From assembly GCF_035084215.1 (NCBI RefSeq), contig NW_027139176.1:620001-684000 (forward strand): a stretch of 64,000 nucleotides of DNA, given 5' to 3'. Position 1 is the stretch's first letter, and every line of letters starts with the position of its first letter. The translations under genes and the position numbers were made by a program. Positions 37,106 through 51,900 of this stretch are shown here, in pieces. Source of the stretch: Heptranchias perlo. Lineage: Eukaryota. Under the pieces are notes generated by a model that did not search any database, was not told the DNA's origin, and saw only the letters and a program-made list of their open reading frames with translations.

Positions 37106-38502
37106 TATGGGAGAGAGCAGGTTCAGTGGGGACTGTTTTGGATTGATGCAGGGCTACGGGGAGAGAGCGGGGCAGTGGGATTAATTTGGGATTGATAAAG
37201 GGCTGTGGGGAGAGAGTGGGACAGTGCGATTACTTTGGGATTGATAAAGGGCTATGGGGAGAGAGCGGGGCAGTGGGATTAATTTGGGATTGATACAGGG
37301 CTATGGGGAGAGAGTGGGGCAGTGGGATTAGTTTGGGATTGATACAGGGCTATGGGGAGAGAGTGGGACAGTGGGATTAGTTTGGGATTGATACAGGGCT
37401 ATGGTAAGAGAGAGGGGCAGTGGGATTAGTTTGGGATTGATACAGGGCTATGGGGAGAGAGAGGGACAGTGCGAATACTTTGGGATTGATAAAGGGCTAT
37501 GGGGAGAGAGAGGGGCAGTGGCATTAGTTTGGGATTGATACAGGGCTGTGGGGAGAGAGTGGGACAGTGGTATTAGTTTGGGATTGTTACAGGGCTATGG
37601 GGAGAGAGAGGGGCAGTGGGATTAGTTTGGGATTGTTACAGGGCTATGGGGAGAGAGAGGGGCAGTGGTATTAGTTTGGGATTGTTACAGGGCTATGGGG
37701 AGAGAGAGGGGCAGTGGGATTAGTTTGGGATTGTTACAGGGCTATGGGGAGAGAGAGGGGCAGTGGTATTAGTTTGGGATTGTTACAGGGCTATGGGGAG
37801 AGAGAGGGGCAGTGGTATTAGTTTGGGATTGTTACAGGGCTGTGGGGAGAGAGAGGGGCAGTGGGATTAGTTTGGGATTGTTACAGGGCTATGGGGAGAG
37901 AGAGGGGCAGTGGTATTAGTTTGGGATTGTTACAGGGCTATGGGGAGAGAGAGGGGCAGTGGGATTAGTTTGGGATTGATACAGGGCGTTGGGGAGAGAG
38001 TGGGGCAGTGGGATTAGTTTGGGATTGATACAGGGCTATGGGGAGAGAGAGGGGCAGTGGGATTAGTTTGGGATTGATACAGGGCTGTGGGGAGAGAGTG
38101 GGACAGTGGGATTAGTTTGGGATTGATACAGGGCTATGGGGAGAGAGTGGGGCAGTGGGATTAGTTTGGGGATTGATACAGGGCTATGGGGAGAGAGAGG
38201 GGCAGTGGGATTAGTTTGGGATTGATACAGGGCTATGGGGAGAGAGAGGGGCAGTGGGATTAGTTTGGGATTGATACAGGACTATGGGGAGAGAGAGGGG
38301 CAGTGGGATTAGTTTGGGATTGATACAGGGCTATGGGGAGAGAGTGGGGCAGTGGGATTAGTTTGGGATTGTTACAGGGCTATGGGGAGAGAGAGGGGCA
38401 GTGGGATTAGTTTGGGATTGATACAGGGCTATGGGGAGAGAGAGGGGCAGCGGGATTAGTTTGGGATTGATACAGGGCGATGGGGAGAGAGTGGGGCAGT
38501 GG
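37106..38502. repeat. 49-bp G-rich minisatellite (~28 units) GGGATTAGTTTGGGATTGATACAGGGCTATGGGGAGAGAGAGGGGCAGT
   Basis: Direct periodicity, with five G3/G4 runs per unit. Confidence 0.96.
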
Positions 38503-38764
38503 AAACTCTCTGTTGTACTGTTTATAAATGCAAATTATTGATAATTCCCAAAGGGATTTTGTCAAACTCACTCTTAAAGGGAAGGTTATGGAAACAACAA
38601 ATAAGATAAAAGGCTCCAGACTCTCGGAATAATCTGAGACGAAGAGCGTTATGTGGAACTGGTCTCGGGCAGGAGTGCAGAATCGGCGGGGGCGTGAATC
38701 GGCCGCCCGTTTTACACACCGCCCGATTTTGCTTTCCAATCGCCCCCATTGTCTCCTGAAGGAA

Positions 38765-39951
38765 AGGGAACAACTGATAGAATTAATGGGAAATCCAACA
38801 CTGGACACCAGCACTGACAGGGAACAACTGATAGAATTAATGGGAAATCCAACACTGAACACCAGCACTGACAGGGAACAACTGATAGAATTAATGGGAA
38901 ATCCAACACTGGACACCAGCACTGTCAGGGAACAACTGATAGAATTAATGGGAAATCCAACACTGAACACCAGCACTGACAGGGAACAACTGATAGAATT
39001 AATGGGAAATCCAACACTGAACACCAGCACTGACAGGGAACAACGGAGAGAATTAATGGGAAATCCAACACTGGACACCAGCACTGACAGGGAACAACTG
39101 AGAGAATTAATGGGAAATCCAACACTGGACACCAGCACTGACAGGGAACAACTGAGAGAATTAATGGGAAATCCAACACTGGACACCAGCACTGACAGGG
39201 AACAACTGAGAGAATTAATGGGAAATCCAACACTGAACACCAGCACTGACAGGGAACAACTGAGAGAATTAATGGGAAATCCAACACTGAACACCAGCAC
39301 TGTCAGGGAACAAATGATAGAATTAATGGGAAATCCAACACTGGACACCAGCACTGACAGGGAACAACGCATAGAATGAATGGGAAATCCAACACTGAGC
39401 ACCAGCACTGACAGGGAACGACTGAGAGAATTAATGGGAAATCCAACACTGAACACCAGCACTGACAGGGAACAACGCATAGAATGAATGGGAAATCCAA
39501 CACTGAGCACCAGCACTGACAGGGAACAACTGATAGAATTAATGGGAAATCCAACACTGAGCACCAGCACTGACAGGGAACAACTGATAGAATTAATGGG
39601 AAATCCAACACTGGACACCAGCACTGACAGGGAACAACGCATAGAATGAATGGGAAATCCAACACTGAGCACCAGCACTGACAGGGAACTACTGAGAGAA
39701 TTAATGGGAAATCCAACACTGAGCACCAGCACTGACAGGGAACTACTGAGAGAATTAATGGGAAATCCAACACTGGACACCAGCACTGACAGGGAACAAC
39801 TGATAGAATTAATGGGAAATCCAACACTGGACACCAGCACTGACAGGGAACAACGGAGAGAATTAATGGAAATCCAACACTGGACACCAGCACTGACAGG
39901 GAACAACTGATAGAATTAATGGGAAATCCAACACTGAACACCAGCACTGAC
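38765..39951. repeat. 54-bp minisatellite (~22 units) AGGGAACAACTGATAGAATTAATGGGAAATCCAACACTGGACACCAGCACTGAC
   Basis: Direct periodicity; appears as an 18-aa repeat in the ORF track. Confidence 0.96.
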
Positions 39952-40200
39952 CGCCCTTTTAAGGAGGGACTAACTATTGATTTGAGCCTTGCGTTCATTT
40001 TAATGAATATGATGCCGATTTTAAACTCATGAGCAGAGTAAAATTGAATGGACTCGGCCTGGTCATCTCATTCCAACAGATTATAACATTTCGGACTTCA
40101 TTTCACAAATTAATCATAAATTGAATGATCGCAAAAAATTACGTTCAGCGATCTATTGACACATTTATGTGTGAACTCTGCAGAACGTGGTGAGCTGGCG

Positions 40201-41643
40201 GCTGCAGAGAGTGATGGTGTTTGTGCTGCAGAGGGTGATGGTGTTTGGGCTGCAGAGGGTGATGGTGTTTGGGCTGCAGAGAGTGATGGTGTTTGGGCTG
40301 CAGAGAGTGATGGTGTTTGTGCTGCAGAGGGTGATGGTGTTTGTGCTGCAGAGGGTGATGGTGTTTGTGCTGCAGAGGGTGATGTTGTTTGTGCTGCAGA
40401 GGGTGATGGTGTTTGTGCTGCAGAGGGTGATGGTGTTTGGGCTGCAGAGAGTGATGGAGTTTGGGCTGCAGAGGGTGATGGTGTTTGGGCTGCAGAGGGT
40501 GATGGTGTTTGGGCTGCAGAGGGTGATGGTGTTTGGGCTGCAGAGAGTGATGGTGTTTGTGCTGCAGAGAGTGATGGTGTTTGGGCTGCAGAGGGTGATG
40601 GTGTTTGGGCTGCAGAGGGTGATGGTGTTTGTGCTGCAGAGGGTGATGGTGTTTGTGCTGCAGAGGGTGATGGTGTTTGGGCTGCAGAGAGTGATGGAGT
40701 TTGGGCTGCAGAGGGTGATGGTGTTTGGGCTGCAGAGGGTGATGGTGTTTGGGCTGCAGAGGGTGATGGTGTTTGGGCTGCAGAGAGTGATGGTGTTTGT
40801 GCTGCAGAGAGTGATGGTGTTTGGGCTGCAGAGGGTGATGGTGTTTGGGCTGCAGAGGGTGATGGTGTTTGTGCTGCAGAGGGTGATGGTGTTTGTGCTG
40901 CAGAGGGTGATGGTGTTTGGGCTGCAGAGAGTGATGGAGTTTGGGCTGCAGAGGGTGATGGTGTTTGGGCTGCAGAGGGTGATGGTGTTTGGGCTGCAGA
41001 GGGTGATGGTGTTTGGGCTGCAGAGAGTGATGGTGTTTGTGCTGCAGAGAGTGATGGTGTTTGGGCTGCAGAGGGTGATGGTGTTTGTGCTGCAGAGAGT
41101 GATGGTGTTTGGGCTGCAGAGGGTGATGGTGTTTGTGCTGCAGAGAGTGATGGTGTTTGTGCTGCAGAGAGTGATGGTGTTTGTGCTGCAGAGAGTGATG
41201 GTGTTTGTGCTGCAGAGGGTGATGGTGTTTGGGTTGCAGAGAGTGATGGTGTTTGGGCTGCCGAGAGTGATGGTGTTTGTGCTGCAGAGAGTGATGGTGT
41301 TTGTGCTGCAGAGGGTGATGGTGTTTGGGCTGCAGAGAGTGATGGTGTTTGGGCTGCAGAGAGTGATGGTGTTTGTGCTGCAGAGAGTGATGGTGTTTGT
41401 GCTGCAGAGGGTGACGGTGTTTGGGCTGCAGAGGGTGATGGTGTTTGGACTGCAGAGAGTGATGGTGTTTGGGCTGCAGAGAGTGATGGTGTTTGGGCTG
41501 CAGAGAGTGATGGTGTTTGGGCTGCAGAGAGTGATGGTGTTTGGTCTGCAGAGAGTGATGGTGTTTGGGCTGCAGAGAGTGACGGTGTTTGTGCTGCAGA
41601 AAGTGATGGTGTTTGGGCTGCAGAGGGTGATGGTGTTTCAGCT
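40201..41643. repeat. 24-bp minisatellite (~60 units) GCTGCAGAG(A/G)GTGATGGTGTTTG(G/T)
   Basis: Direct periodicity. A 240-bp higher-order block is marked by the GGAGT variant in units starting at 40441, 40681 and 40921. Confidence 0.97.
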
Positions 41644-42054
41644 CCTGACTCCACCTGCCACCCGCAGGGTGTTGATGTGAGGGGAGTGCTTTACTATGAG
41701 GAGCCTCACCTCACCGCCTCTCCAACTCCCGGCCCCTCTGGCTCTGTGCGAGACACACACAATCCCCCTCTCACAGGCAGCCGCCAGCTGAGTCCGACCT
41801 GTCGTGGGGGGGGGGGGGGGGGGGAGGGGGGAGAGTGACCGATGCGAGTTGGGGTAGATGCGCCCCAGTCCATCGTGAGGCGACGTAGACACCAGCTCCC
41901 CTGCTCCTCCTCCCCCACCCCGCCCCCCCCCCCCCCATTGTGGATGATGAATTGGGAGAGGACATCAACGGTCAACAAGTGAGACGATTGACGGCTGATG
42001 AGACCGACAAGTGCCGTGACTGTTTCACCTCCATGAGACAGGAGATCAAGGATG

Positions 42055-42917
42055 CTGGACAGAACATTAGTGCCCAGCTGGCCCACACTGGACAGAACAT
42101 TGCCCAGCTGGCCCACACTGGACAGAACATTGCCCAGCTGGCCCAGACTGGACAGAACATTGCCCAGCTGGCCCATACTGGACAGAACATTGCCCAGCTG
42201 GCCCATACTGGACAGAACATTGCCCAGCTGGCCCACACTGGACAGAACATTGCCCAGCTGGCCCAGACTGGACAGAACATTGCCCAGCTGGCCCATACTG
42301 GACAGAACATTGCCCAGCTGGCCCAGACTCGACAGAACATTGCCCAGCTGGCCCAGACTCGACAGAACATTGCCCAGCTGGCCCATACTGGACTGAACAT
42401 TGGTGCCCAGCTGGCCCATACTGGACAGAACATTGCCCAGCTGGCCCATACTGGACAGAACATTGCCCAGCTGGCCCAGACTGGACAGAACATTGCCCAG
42501 CTGGCCCATACTGGACAGAACATTGCCCAGCTGGCCCATACAGGACAGAACATTGCCCAGCTGGCCCATACTGGACAGAACATTGCCCAGCTGGCCCATA
42601 CTGGACAGAACATTGCCCAGCTGGCCCATACTGGACAGAACATTGCCCAGCTGGCCCATACTGGACAGAACATTGCCCAGCTGGCCCACACTGGACAGAA
42701 CATTGCCCAGCTGGCCCATTCTAGACAGAACATTGCCCAGCTGGCCCACACTGGACAGAACATTGCCTAGCTGGCCCATACTGGACAGAACATTGACCAC
42801 CTGGCCCATACTGGTCAGAACATTAGTGCCCTGCTGGCCCATACTGGACAGAACATTGACCACCTGGCCCATACTGGTCAGAACATTAGTGCCCTGCTGG
42901 CCCATTCTGGACAGAAC
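42055..42917. repeat. 30-bp minisatellite (~28 units) CTGGACAGAACATTGCCCAGCTGGCCCA(T/C/G)A
   Basis: Direct periodicity with occasional 33-bp units. Confidence 0.96.
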
Positions 42918-42982
42918 TTTGGTAACCACTGGCAAATATTCACCAGGTGCTCGCACATTTCCTGGAGTTGAATGCGAGTACA

Positions 42983-45900
42983 GATGCCCTGCACCTGACG
43001 GATGTCCTGCACCTGACGGATGTCCTGCAACTCACGGATGTCCTGCACCTGATGGATGTCCTGCAACTCACGGATGTCCTGCACCTCACGGATGTCCTGC
43101 AACTCACGGATGTCCTGCACCTGATGGATGTCCTGCACCTGATGGATGTCCTGCACCTGATGGATGTCCTGCACCTCACGGATGTCCTGCACCTCACGGA
43201 TGTCCTGCACCTGACGGATGTCCTGCACCTCACGGATGTCCTGCACCTCACGGATGTCCTGCACCTCACGGATGTCCTGCACCTGACGGATGTCCTGCAC
43301 CTGACGGATGTCCTGCACCTCACGGATGTCCTGCACCTGACGGATGTCCTGCACCTGATGGATGTCCTGCACCTCACGGATGTCCTGCACCTGACGGATG
43401 TCCTGCACCTCACGGATGTCCTGCACCTCACGGATGTCCTGCACCTGATGGATGTCCTGCACCTGATGGGTGTCCTGCACCTGATGGATGTCCTGCACCT
43501 GATGGATGTCCTGCACCTCACGGATGTCCTGCACCTGATGGATGTCCTGCACCTGATGGATGTCCTGCACCTGATGGATGTCCTGCACCTGATGGATGTC
43601 CTGCACCTCACGGGTGTCCTGCACCTCACGGATGTCCTGCACCTCACGGGTGTCCTGCACCTGACGGATGTCCTGCACCTGACGGATGTCCTGCACCTCA
43701 CGGATGTCCTGCACCTCACGGATGTCCTGCACCTGATGGATGTCCTGCACCTGACGGATGTCCTGCACCTCACGGATGTCCTGCACCTCACGGATGTCCT
43801 GCACCTCACGGATGTCCTGCACCTCACGGATGTCCTGCACCTGACGGATGTCCTGCACCTCACGGATGTCCTGCACCTGACGGATGTCCTGCACCTGACG
43901 GATGTCCTGCACCTCACGGATGTCCTGCACCTGACGGATGTCCTGCACCTGATGGATGTCCTGCACCTCACGGATGTCCTGCACCTGACGGATGTCCTGC
44001 ACCTCACGGATGTCCTGCACCTCACGGATGTCCTGCACCTGATGGATGTCCTGCACCTGATGGGTGTCCTGCACCTGATGGATGTCCAGCACCTGATGGA
44101 TGTCCTGCACCTCACGGATGTCCTGCACCTGATGGATGTCCTGCACCTGATGGATGTCCTGCACCTGATGGATGTCCTGCACCTGATGGATGTCCTGCAC
44201 CTCACGGGTGTCCTGCACCTCACGGATGTCCTGCACCTCACGGGTGTCCTGCACCTGACGGATGTCCTGCACCTGATGGATGTCCTGCACCTCACGGATG
44301 TCCTGCACCTCACGGATGTCCTGCACCTCACGGATGCCCTGCACCTGATGGATGTCCTGCACCTCACGGATGTCCTGCACCTCACGGATGTCCTGCACCT
44401 CACGGATGTCCTGCACCTCACGGGTGTCCTGCACCTCACGGATGTCCTGCACCTCACGGATGTCCTGCACCTGATGGATGTCCTGCACCTGATGGATGTC
44501 CTGCACCTCACGGATGTCCTGCACCTGATGGGTGTCCTGCACCTCACGGATGTCCTGCACCTGATGGATGTCCTGCACCTCACGGATGTCCTGCACCTGA
44601 TGGATGTCCTGCACCTCACGGATGTCCTGCACCTGATGGATGTCCTGCACCTCACGGATGTCCTGCACCTCACGGATGTCCTGCACCTCACGGGTGTCCT
44701 GCACCTCACGGATGTCCTGCACCTCACGGATGACCTGCACCTGATGGATGTCCTGCACCTGATGGATGTCCTGCACCTCACGGATGTCCTGCACCTGACG
44801 GGTGTCCTGCACCTCACGGATGTCCTGCACCTGATGGATGTCCTGCACCTCACGGATGTCCTGCACCTGATGGATGTCCTGCACCTCACGGATGTCCTGC
44901 ACCTGATGGATGTCCTGCACCTCACGGATGTCCTGCACCTGATGGATGTCCTGCACCTCACGGATGTCCTGCACCTGACGGGTGTCCTGCACCTCACGGA
45001 TGTCCTGCACCTGACGGGTGTCCTGCACCTCACGGATGTCCTGCACCTCACGGATGTCCTGCACCTCACGGGTGTCCTGCACCTCACGGATGTCCTGCAC
45101 CTCACGGATGCCCTGCACCTGACGGGTGTCCTGCACCTCACGGATGTCCTGCACCTCACGAATGTCCTGCACCTGATGGATGTCCTGCACCTGATGGATG
45201 TCCTGCACCTCACGGATGTCCTGCACCTCACGGATGTCCTGCACCTGACGGATGTCCTGCACCTGACGGGTGTCCTGCACCTGACGGGTGTCCTGCACCT
45301 CACGGATGTCCTGCACCTGATGAATGTCCTGCACCTGACGGATGTCCTGCACCTCACGGATGTCCTGCACCTGACGGATGTCCTGCACCTGACGGATGTC
45401 CTGCACCTGACGGATGTCCTGCACCTCACGGATTTCCTGCACCTGATGGATGTCCTGCACCTCACGGATGTCCTGCACCTCACGGATGTCCTTCACCTGA
45501 CGGGTGTCCTGCACCTCACGGATGTCCTGCACCTCACGGGTGTCCTGCACCTCACGGGTGTCCTGCACCTCACGGATGTCCTGCACCTCACGGATGTCCT
45601 GCACCTGACGGATGTCCTGCACCGCACGGATGTCCTGCACCTCACGGGTGTCCTGCACCTGACGGATGTCCTGCACCTCACGGATGTCCTGAACCTGACG
45701 GATGTCCTGCACCGCACGGATGTCCTGCACCTCACGGATGTCCTGCACCTGACGGATGTCCTGCACCTCACGGATGTCCTGCACCTCACGGATGTCCTGC
45801 ACCTCACGGATGTCCTGCACCTGACGGATGTCCTGCACCTCACGGATGTCCTGCACCTGACGGATGTCCTGCACCTCACGGATGTCCTGCACCTCACGGA

Positions 45901-48900
45901 TGTCCTGCACCTGACGGATGTCCTGCACCTCACGGATGTCCTGCACCTGACGGATGTCCTGCACCTCACGGATCTCCTGCACCTCACGGATGTCCTGCAC
46001 CTCACGGGTGTCCTGCACCTCACGGATGTCCTGCACCTCACGGATGTCCTGCACCTGACGGATGTCCTGCACCTCACGGATGTCCTGCACCTCACGGATG
46101 TCCTGCACCTCACGGATGTCCTGCACCTGATGGATGTCCTGCACCTCACGGATGTCCTGCACCTGATGGATGTCCTGCACCTCACGGATGTCCTGCACCT
46201 GATGGATGTCCTGCACCTCACGGATGTCCTGCACCTGACGGGTGTCCTGCACCTCACGGATGTCCTGCACCTCACGGATGTCCTGCACCTCACGGATGTC
46301 CTGCACCTGATGGATGTCCTGCACCTCACGGATGTCCTGCACCTGATGGATGTCCTGCACCTCACGGATGTCCTGCACCTGACGGGTGTCCTTCACCTCA
46401 CGGATGTCCTGCACCTGACGGGTGTCCTGCACCTCACGGATGTCCTGCACCTCACGGGTGTCCTGCACCTCACGGATGTCCTGCACCTCACGGATGCCCT
46501 GCACCTGACGGATGTCCTGCACCTGACGGATGTCCTGCACCTGATGGATGTCCTGCACCTGACGGGTGTCCTGCACCTCACGGATGTCCTGCACCTCACG
46601 GATGTCCTGCACCTGACGGATGTCCTGCACCTGACGGGTGTCCTGCACCTGACGGGTGTCGTGCACCTGATGGATGTCCTGCACCTCACGGGTGTCCTGC
46701 ACCTCACGGATGTCCTGCACCTCACGGGTGTCCTGCACCTCACGGATGTCCTGCACCTGATGGATGCTCTGCACCTCACGGATGTCCTGCACCTCACGGA
46801 TGTCCTGCACCTCACGGGTGTCCTGCACCTCACGGATGTCCTGCACCTCACGGATGTCCTGCACCTGACGGATGTCCTGCACCTGACGGATGTCCTGCAC
46901 CTCACGGATATCCTGCACCTCACGGATGTCCTGCACCTCACGGATGTCCTGCACCTCACGGATGTCCTTCACCTGACGGGTGTCCTGCACCTCACGGATG
47001 TCCTGCACCTCACGGGTGTCCTGCACCTCACGGATGTCCTGCACCTCACGGGTGTCCTGCACCTCACGGATGTCCTGCACCTCACGGATGTCCTGCACCT
47101 GACGGATGTCCTGCACCTCATGGTTGTCCTGCACCTCACGGGTGTCCTGCACCTGACGGATGTCCTGCACCTCACGGATGTCCTGCACCTGACGGATGTC
47201 CTGCACCTCACGGATGTCCTGCACCTCACGGATGTCCTGCACCTGACGGATGTCCTGCACCTGACGGATGTCCTGCACCTCACGGGTGTCCTGCACCTCA
47301 CGGATGTCCTGCACCTCACGGATGTCCTGCACCTCACGGATGTCCTGCACCTGACGGATGTCCTGCACCTCACGGATGTCCTGCACCTCACGGATGTCCT
47401 GCACCTCACGGATGTCCTGCACCTCACGGATGTCCTGCACCTCACGGATGTCCTGCACCTCACGGATGTCCTGCACCTGACGGATGTCCTGCACCTGACG
47501 GATGTCCTGCACCTGACGGATGTCCTGCACCTGACGGGTGTCCTGCACCTCACGGATGTCCTGCACCTCACGGATGTCCTGCACCTCACGGATGTCCTGC
47601 ACCTGATGGATGTCCTGCACCTCACGGATGTCCTGTACCTGACGGATGTCCTGCACCTCACGGATGTCCTGCACCTGACGGGTGTCCTGCACCTCACGGA
47701 TGTCCTGCACCTGACGGGTGTCCTGCACCTCACGGATGTCCTGCACCTCACGGGTGTCCTGCACCTCACGGATGTCCTGCACCTCACGGATGCCCTGCAC
47801 CTGACGGATGTCCTGCACCTGACGGATGTCCTGCACCTGATGGATGTCCTGCACCTGACGGGTGTCCTGCACCTCACGGATGTCCTGCACCTGACGGATG
47901 TCCTGCACCTGACGGGTGTCCTGCACCTGACGGGTGTCCTGCACCTCACGGATGTCCTGCACCTGATGGATGTCCTGCACCTCACGGGTGTCCTGCACCT
48001 CACGGATGTCCTGCACCTCACGGGTGTCCTGCACCTCACGGATGTCCTGCACCTGACGGATGCTCTGCACCTCACGGATGTCCTGCACCTCACGGATGTC
48101 CTGCACCTCACGGGTGTCCTGCACCTCACGGATGTCCTGCACCTCACGGATGTCCTGCACCTGACGGATGTCCTGCACCTCACGGATGTCCTGCACCTCA
48201 CGGATATCCGGCACCTCACGGATGTCCTGCACCTCACGGATGTCCTGCACCTCACGGATGTCCTTCACCTGACGGGTGTCCTGCACCTCACGGATGTCCA
48301 GCACCTCACGGGTGTCCTGCACCTCACGGATGTCCTGCACCTCACGGGTGTCCTGCACCTCACGGATGTCCTGCACCTCACGGATGTCCTGCACCTGACG
48401 GATGTCCTGCACCGCACGGATGTCCTGCACCTCACGGGTGTCCTGCACCTGACGGATGTCCTGCACCTCATGGATGTCCTGCACCTCACGGGTGTCCTGC
48501 ACCTGACGGATGTCCTGCACCTCACGGATGTCCTGCACCTGACGGATGTCCTGCACCTCACGGATGTCCTGCACCTCACGGATGTCCTGCACCTCACGGA
48601 TGTCCTGCACCTCACGGGTGTCCTGCACCTCACGGATGTCCTGCACCTCACGGATGTCCTGCACCTCACGGATGTCCTGCACCTGACGGATGTCCTGCAC
48701 CTCACGGATGTCCTGCACCTCACGGATGTCCTGAACCTCACGGATGTCCTGCACCTCACGGATGTCCTGCACCTCACGGATGTCCTGCACCTGACGGATG
48801 TCCTGCACCTCACGGATGTCCTGCACCTCACGGATGTCCTGCACCTGACGGATGTCCTGCACCTCACGGGTGTCCTGCACCTCACGGATGTCCTGCACCT

Positions 48901-51900
48901 CACGGATGTCCTGCACCTGACGGATGTCCTGCACCTGACGGATGTCCTGCACCTGACGGATGTCCTGCACCTGACGGATGTCCTGCACCTCACGGATGTC
49001 CTGCACCTGACGGATGTCCTGCATCTCACGGATGTCCTGCACCTCACGGATGTCCTGCACCTCACGGATGTCCTGCACCTGACGGATGTCCTGCACCTCA
49101 CGGGTGTCCTGCACCTCACGGATGTCCTGCACCTGACGGATATCCTGCACCTGACGGATGTCCTGCACCTGACGGATGTCCTGCACCTCACGGATGTCCT
49201 GCACCTCACGGGTGTCCTGCACCTCACGGATGTCCTGCACCTCACGGATGTCCTGCACCTGACGGATGTCCTGCACCTGACGGATGTCCTGCACCTCACG
49301 GATGTCCTGCACCTGACGGATGTCCTGCACCTCACGGATGTCCTGCACCTCACGGATGTCCTGCACCTGATGGATGTCCTGCACCTGACGGGTGTCCTGC
49401 ACCTCACGGATGTCCTGCACCTCACGGATGTCCTGCACCTGACGGATGTCCTGCACCTCACGGATGTCCTGCACCTGACGGATGTCCTGCACCTCACGGA
49501 TGTCCTGCACCTCACGGATGTCCTGCACCTGATGGATATCCTGCACCTGACGGGTGTCCTGCACCTCACGGATGTCCTGCACCTGACGGATGTCCTGCAC
49601 CTGACGGATGTCCTGCACCTCACGGATGTCCTGCACCTCACGGATGTCCTGCACCTCACGGATGTCCTGCACCTCACGGATGTCCTGCACCTGACGGATG
49701 TCCTGCACCTGACAGATGTCCTGCACCTCACGGATGTCCTGCACCTCACGGATGTCCTGCACCTCACGGATGTCCTGCACCTGATGGATGTCCTGCACCT
49801 CACGGATGTCCTGCACCTCACGGATGTCCTGCACCTGACGGATGTCCTGCACCTGACGGATGTCCTGCACCTCACGGGTGTCCTGCACCTCACGGATGTC
49901 CTGCACCTCACGGATGTCCTGCACCTGACGGATGTCCTGCACCTCACGGATGTCCTGCACCTCACGGATGTCCTGCACCTCACGGATGTCCTGCACCTCA
50001 CGGATGTCCTGCACCTGACAGATGTCCTGCACCTCACGGATGTCCTGCACCTCACGGATGTCCTGCACCTGATGGATGTCCTGCACCTGACGGATGTCCT
50101 GCACCTGACGGGTGTCCTGCACCTGACGGATGTCCTGCACCTCACGGATGTCCTGCACCTCACGGATGTCCTGCACCTGACGGATGTCCTGCACCTCACG
50201 GATGTCCTGCACCTGACGGATGTCCTGCACCTCACGGATGTCCTGCACCTGACGGGTGTCCTGCACCTGACGGATGTCCTGCACCTGACGGATGTCCTGC
50301 ACCTCACGGATGTCCTGCACCTGACGGATGTCCTGCACCTCACGGATGTCCTGCACCTCACGGTTGTCCTGCACCTCACGGATGTCCTGCACCTCACGGG
50401 TGTCATGCACCTCACGGATGTCCTGCACCTCACGGATGTCCTGCACCTCACGGATGTCCTGCACCTGACGGATGTCCTGCACCTGACGGATGTCCTGCAC
50501 CTCACGGATGTCCTGCACCTGACGGATGTCCTGCACCTCACGGATGTCCTGCACCTCACGGATGTCCTGCACCTGACCGATGTCCTGCACCTCACGGATG
50601 TCCTGCACCTCACGGATGTCCTGCACCTCACGGATGTCCTGCACCTGACGGATGTCCTGCACCTCACGGATGTCCTGCACCTCACGGATGTCCTGCACCT
50701 GACCGATGTCCTGCACCTGACGGATGTCCTGCACCTCACGGATGTCCTGCACCTGATGGATGTCCTGCACCTCACGGGTGTCCTGCACCTCACGGATGTC
50801 CTGCACCTCACGGATGTCCTGCACCTGACGGGTGTCCTGCACCTCACGGATGTCCTGCACCTGACGGATGTCCTGCACCTGACGGATGTCCTGCACCTCA
50901 CGGGTGTCCTGCACCTCACGGATGTCCTGCACATCACGGGTGTCCTGCACCTCACGGATGTCCTGCACCTCACGGATGTCCTGCACCTGACGGATGTCCT
51001 GCACCTCACGGGTGTCCTGCACCTCACGGATGTCCTGCACCTGACGGATGTCCTGCACCTCACGGATGTCCTGCACCTCACGGATGTCCTGCACCTGACC
51101 GATGTCCTGCACCTGACGGATGTCCTGCACCTGACGGATGTCCTGCACCTCACGGATGTCCTGCACCTGACGGATGTCCTGCACCTCACGGATGTCCTGC
51201 ACCTCACGGTTGTCCTGCACCTCACGGATGTCCTGCACCTCACGGGTGTCATGCACCTCACGGATGTCCTGCACCTCACGGATGTCCTGCACCTCACGGA
51301 TGTCCTGCACCTGACGGATGTCCTGCACCTCACGGATGTCCTGCACCTGACGGATGTCCTGCACCTCACGGATGTCCTGCACCTGACGGATGTCCTGCAC
51401 CTCACGGATGTCCTGCACCTCACGGATGTCCTGCACCTGACCGATGTCCTGCACCTCACGGATGTCCTGCACCTCACGGATGTCCTGCACCTCACGGATG
51501 TCCTGCACCTGACGGATGTCCTGCACCTCACGGATGTCCTGCACCTCACGGATGTCCTGCACCTGACCGATGTCCTGCACCTGACGGATGTCCTGCACCT
51601 CACGGATGTCCTGCACCTGATGGATGTCCTGCACCTCACGGGTGTCCTGCACCTCACGGATGTCCTGCAACTCACGGATGTCCTGCACCTCACGGATGTC
51701 CTGCACCTGACGGGTGTCCTGCACCTCACGGATGTCCTGCACCTGACGGATGTCCTGCACCTGACGGATGTCCTGCACCTCACGGGTGTCCTGCACCTCA
51801 CGGATGTCCTGCACCTCACGGGTGTCCTGCACCTCACGGGTGTCCTGCACCTGACGGATGTCCTGCACCTCACGGATGTCCTGCACCTGACGGATGTCCT

